Assembly: GCA_021780375.1 (NCBI GenBank)
Contig: JAJXYT010000001.1
Coordinates: 304 to 64,303, forward strand
Source: a bacterium
Lineage (GTDB): Bacteria > Verrucomicrobiota > Verrucomicrobiia > Limisphaerales > UBA11358
DNA: 64,000 nucleotides
Reading direction: 5' to 3'
Under the pieces are notes generated by a model, which searched no databases, was not told the origin of the DNA, and saw only the letters and a program-made list of their open reading frames with translations. A program made the translations under genes and the position numbers. Below are positions 62,582 through 64,000 of this stretch, piece by piece (position 1 is the stretch's first letter; each line of letters starts with the position of its first letter).

Positions 62582-64000
62582 TTACGGTATTTCCAAAATG
62601 TAATACGCTTGTGGCGCTTTCGGATCGGGGACGTTGGTGAAAATGAAATGACCGCTCCCATCAAAGAGATTGGTGGCAACCGGCGTCCACTGGTTCAGCG
62701 GAAGCGCGATATTGGTGGAAACCAGCATGTAAAAAGTGCCGTTGGTTGTGCCGCCAGTGCCGCTCATGACCAAGCCATTGGCCGTGGCGCTGATGCTGCT
62801 GAAGCTCGGCGGCGACGGCAGCTGAGGTGTCGCGCTCACTTCGGACGAATTGGCGCTTTCGCCGCCTCCATTTACCGCCGATACCACATAATAGTAAGTG
62901 GTGCCGTTTGTGACCTGCGTGTCGGTGTAGCTCGTCGCTGTGACACTGGCATTGGTCGCTGACTCGTTGCCACTGATGGTCGTGCGTTTGACATTGTAGC
63001 TGGTCGCCCCGGAGGAAGCATTCCAAGTCAAGGCGACTTGCGCGTTGCCGGCCGTGGCCGACAAACCCGTCGGCGCCGCCGGCGGGCCGTTGGTCGACGT
63101 GACGACCAAATTCACTTGCCCGGCTGTGCTGGTGTTTAACTGATAAGTATAACCCGCCGGTGTGGCACCCAACACAGGCGTGCCGGCCCGGGTGCCAGTA
63201 TAGGTGAACAACGTGTAGGCACCCGCGCCGAAGCCGGCGCCAGCGGCGATGTTCAGCGTGCTGTTCAGGGTCAGATTGCCGGTTACTGCGATTTCGGCGA
63301 CGTTGGTACCCAAGGTAAAATTCACAGGGGTTGTGGCACCCAGCGTCAGACTCGTTCCATCCGAGAGCGCGCTCCCGCCCAGACTGATGGGATTGGCGCC
63401 GAATATGGTGGAGTCGCTCAAGGATGCCGACTGATTGTAAAATGCCAGGGCATTGGTGACCGACGTGCCGTCCAGCGTGATGGTGCCGTCGCCGGTCGCA
63501 GAGTTCGTAAAGGTAACCTGCGAGTTAAACAACTCGAAGGTTTTGCTCCCAGCCGGGAAGATTTGGGAGTCCACAACTTGAACGCCCCGAACATTGTAAA
63601 GGGCAAACGCACTGTCACCAGCGGAGGAATCGGTCGAGGTGATGTTGAGTTTGCTCAAAACAATATTGGACGCGGGCAACTCACTGCGCGCCCAAATCAT
63701 GCCCGGTTGGGCGGCCGTCGCCGTCACATTACTGATGACGATGTTCCGCCATATCGGCGTCGTGCTGCTCACCGATGACACCGCTGTTCCCGCTGCCACC
63801 GATGGCGTGATGCCGGCCGTGGTCGGATTGCCGTATGAATTGTAATAGCTGTAAATCAAAATCGGCGCATACTTGATGTTCGTCATGCCGATGTTGTAGT
63901 AGGACATGTTTTGCACCACCCCCCCGCGGTCGTTGTCGGACTTCATGCGGATGGCATTGTCGGTATTGGTGAAGATGCAGTTGATGACGGTCACATTTGA
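62582..64000 (-). CDS. Pectin-lyase-fold (GH28-like) protein, 5' end outside the window, with FN3-like domain and FYR-type tail
   Basis: The frame is open to the window edge. A beta-helix segment (NAIRMKSDNDRGG...) is followed by an FN3-like block (PTGLSATAGNAQVALTWNASSGATSYNVKR). The protein ends AYYILEIP. Confidence 0.7.
   Translation of the reverse strand, partial: SNVTVINCIFTNTDNAIRMKSDNDRGGVVQNMSYYNIGMTNIKYAPILIYSYYNSYGNPTTAGITPSVAAGTAVSSVSSTTPIWRNIVISNVTATAAQPGMIWARSELPASNIVLSKLNITSTDSSAGDSAFALYNVRGVQVVDSQIFPAGSKTFELFNSQVTFTNSATGDGTITLDGTSVTNALAFYNQSASLSDSTIFGANPISLGGSALSDGTSLTLGATTPVNFTLGTNVAEIAVTGNLTLNSTLNIAAGAGFGAGAYTLFTYTGTRAGTPVLGATPAGYTYQLNTSTAGQVNLVVTSTNGPPAAPTGLSATAGNAQVALTWNASSGATSYNVKRTTISGNESATNASVTATSYTDTQVTNGTTYYYVVSAVNGGGESANSSEVSATPQLPSPPSFSSISATANGLVMSGTGGTTNGTFYMLVSTNIALPLNQWTPVATNLFDGSGHFIFTNVPDPKAPQAYYILEIP

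Overview
This is a 64-kb high-G+C chromosomal segment. The gene content suggests a PVC-superphylum bacterium, most likely Verrucomicrobiota: three PEP-CTERM proteins, two DUF1559-type prepilin-like proteins, a TMTC-like TPR glycosyltransferase and dense palindromic repeats. That assignment is inference only; no search was run.

Positions 1-30.5 kb carry core functions: hflX, glgC, a kdsA-kdsC-lptC-lptA-lptB-hprK-ptsH string, gatC-gatA, a TetR-controlled RND efflux operon, a secreted nonaheme c-type cytochrome with Ig/PKD domains, a GNAT, a serine hydrolase and gatB. They also hold a ten-gene same-strand molybdate-uptake/molybdopterin block (modE-like, modABC, moaD, moaE-moeA fusion, moaC, mog, moaA) with a Mo-box operator.

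From about 30.5 kb to the end lies a mosaic accessory region for pectin/galactan breakdown: two GH53, GH2, two GH28, uxaE-uxaC and a XylR-like regulator. These are interleaved with prepilin-like DUF1559 proteins, giant LamG/Ig surface proteins, PEP-CTERM genes paired with TMTC-like/TPR genes, and a PA14-containing sensor kinase/LuxR pair. The region is punctuated by decayed genes: a frameshifted XRE regulator, a truncated APC permease, a GH fragment, an ISL3 transposase stub and a split signal peptide.

The most notable observations are:
(i) a shared ~60-aa C-terminal tail ending [FY][FY]R[LIV]xxP on five unrelated secreted proteins;
(ii) a ~74-bp double-hairpin palindromic element in three full copies, one of them in frame inside gatB;
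(iii) several other families of structured intergenic repeats;
(iv) a conserved 22-29-nt upstream motif shared by three transcription units around the two-component system.

No rRNA, tRNA, CRISPR array, intact transposase, prophage or recognisable defence gene was found. All family calls rest on motifs read by eye from the translations.
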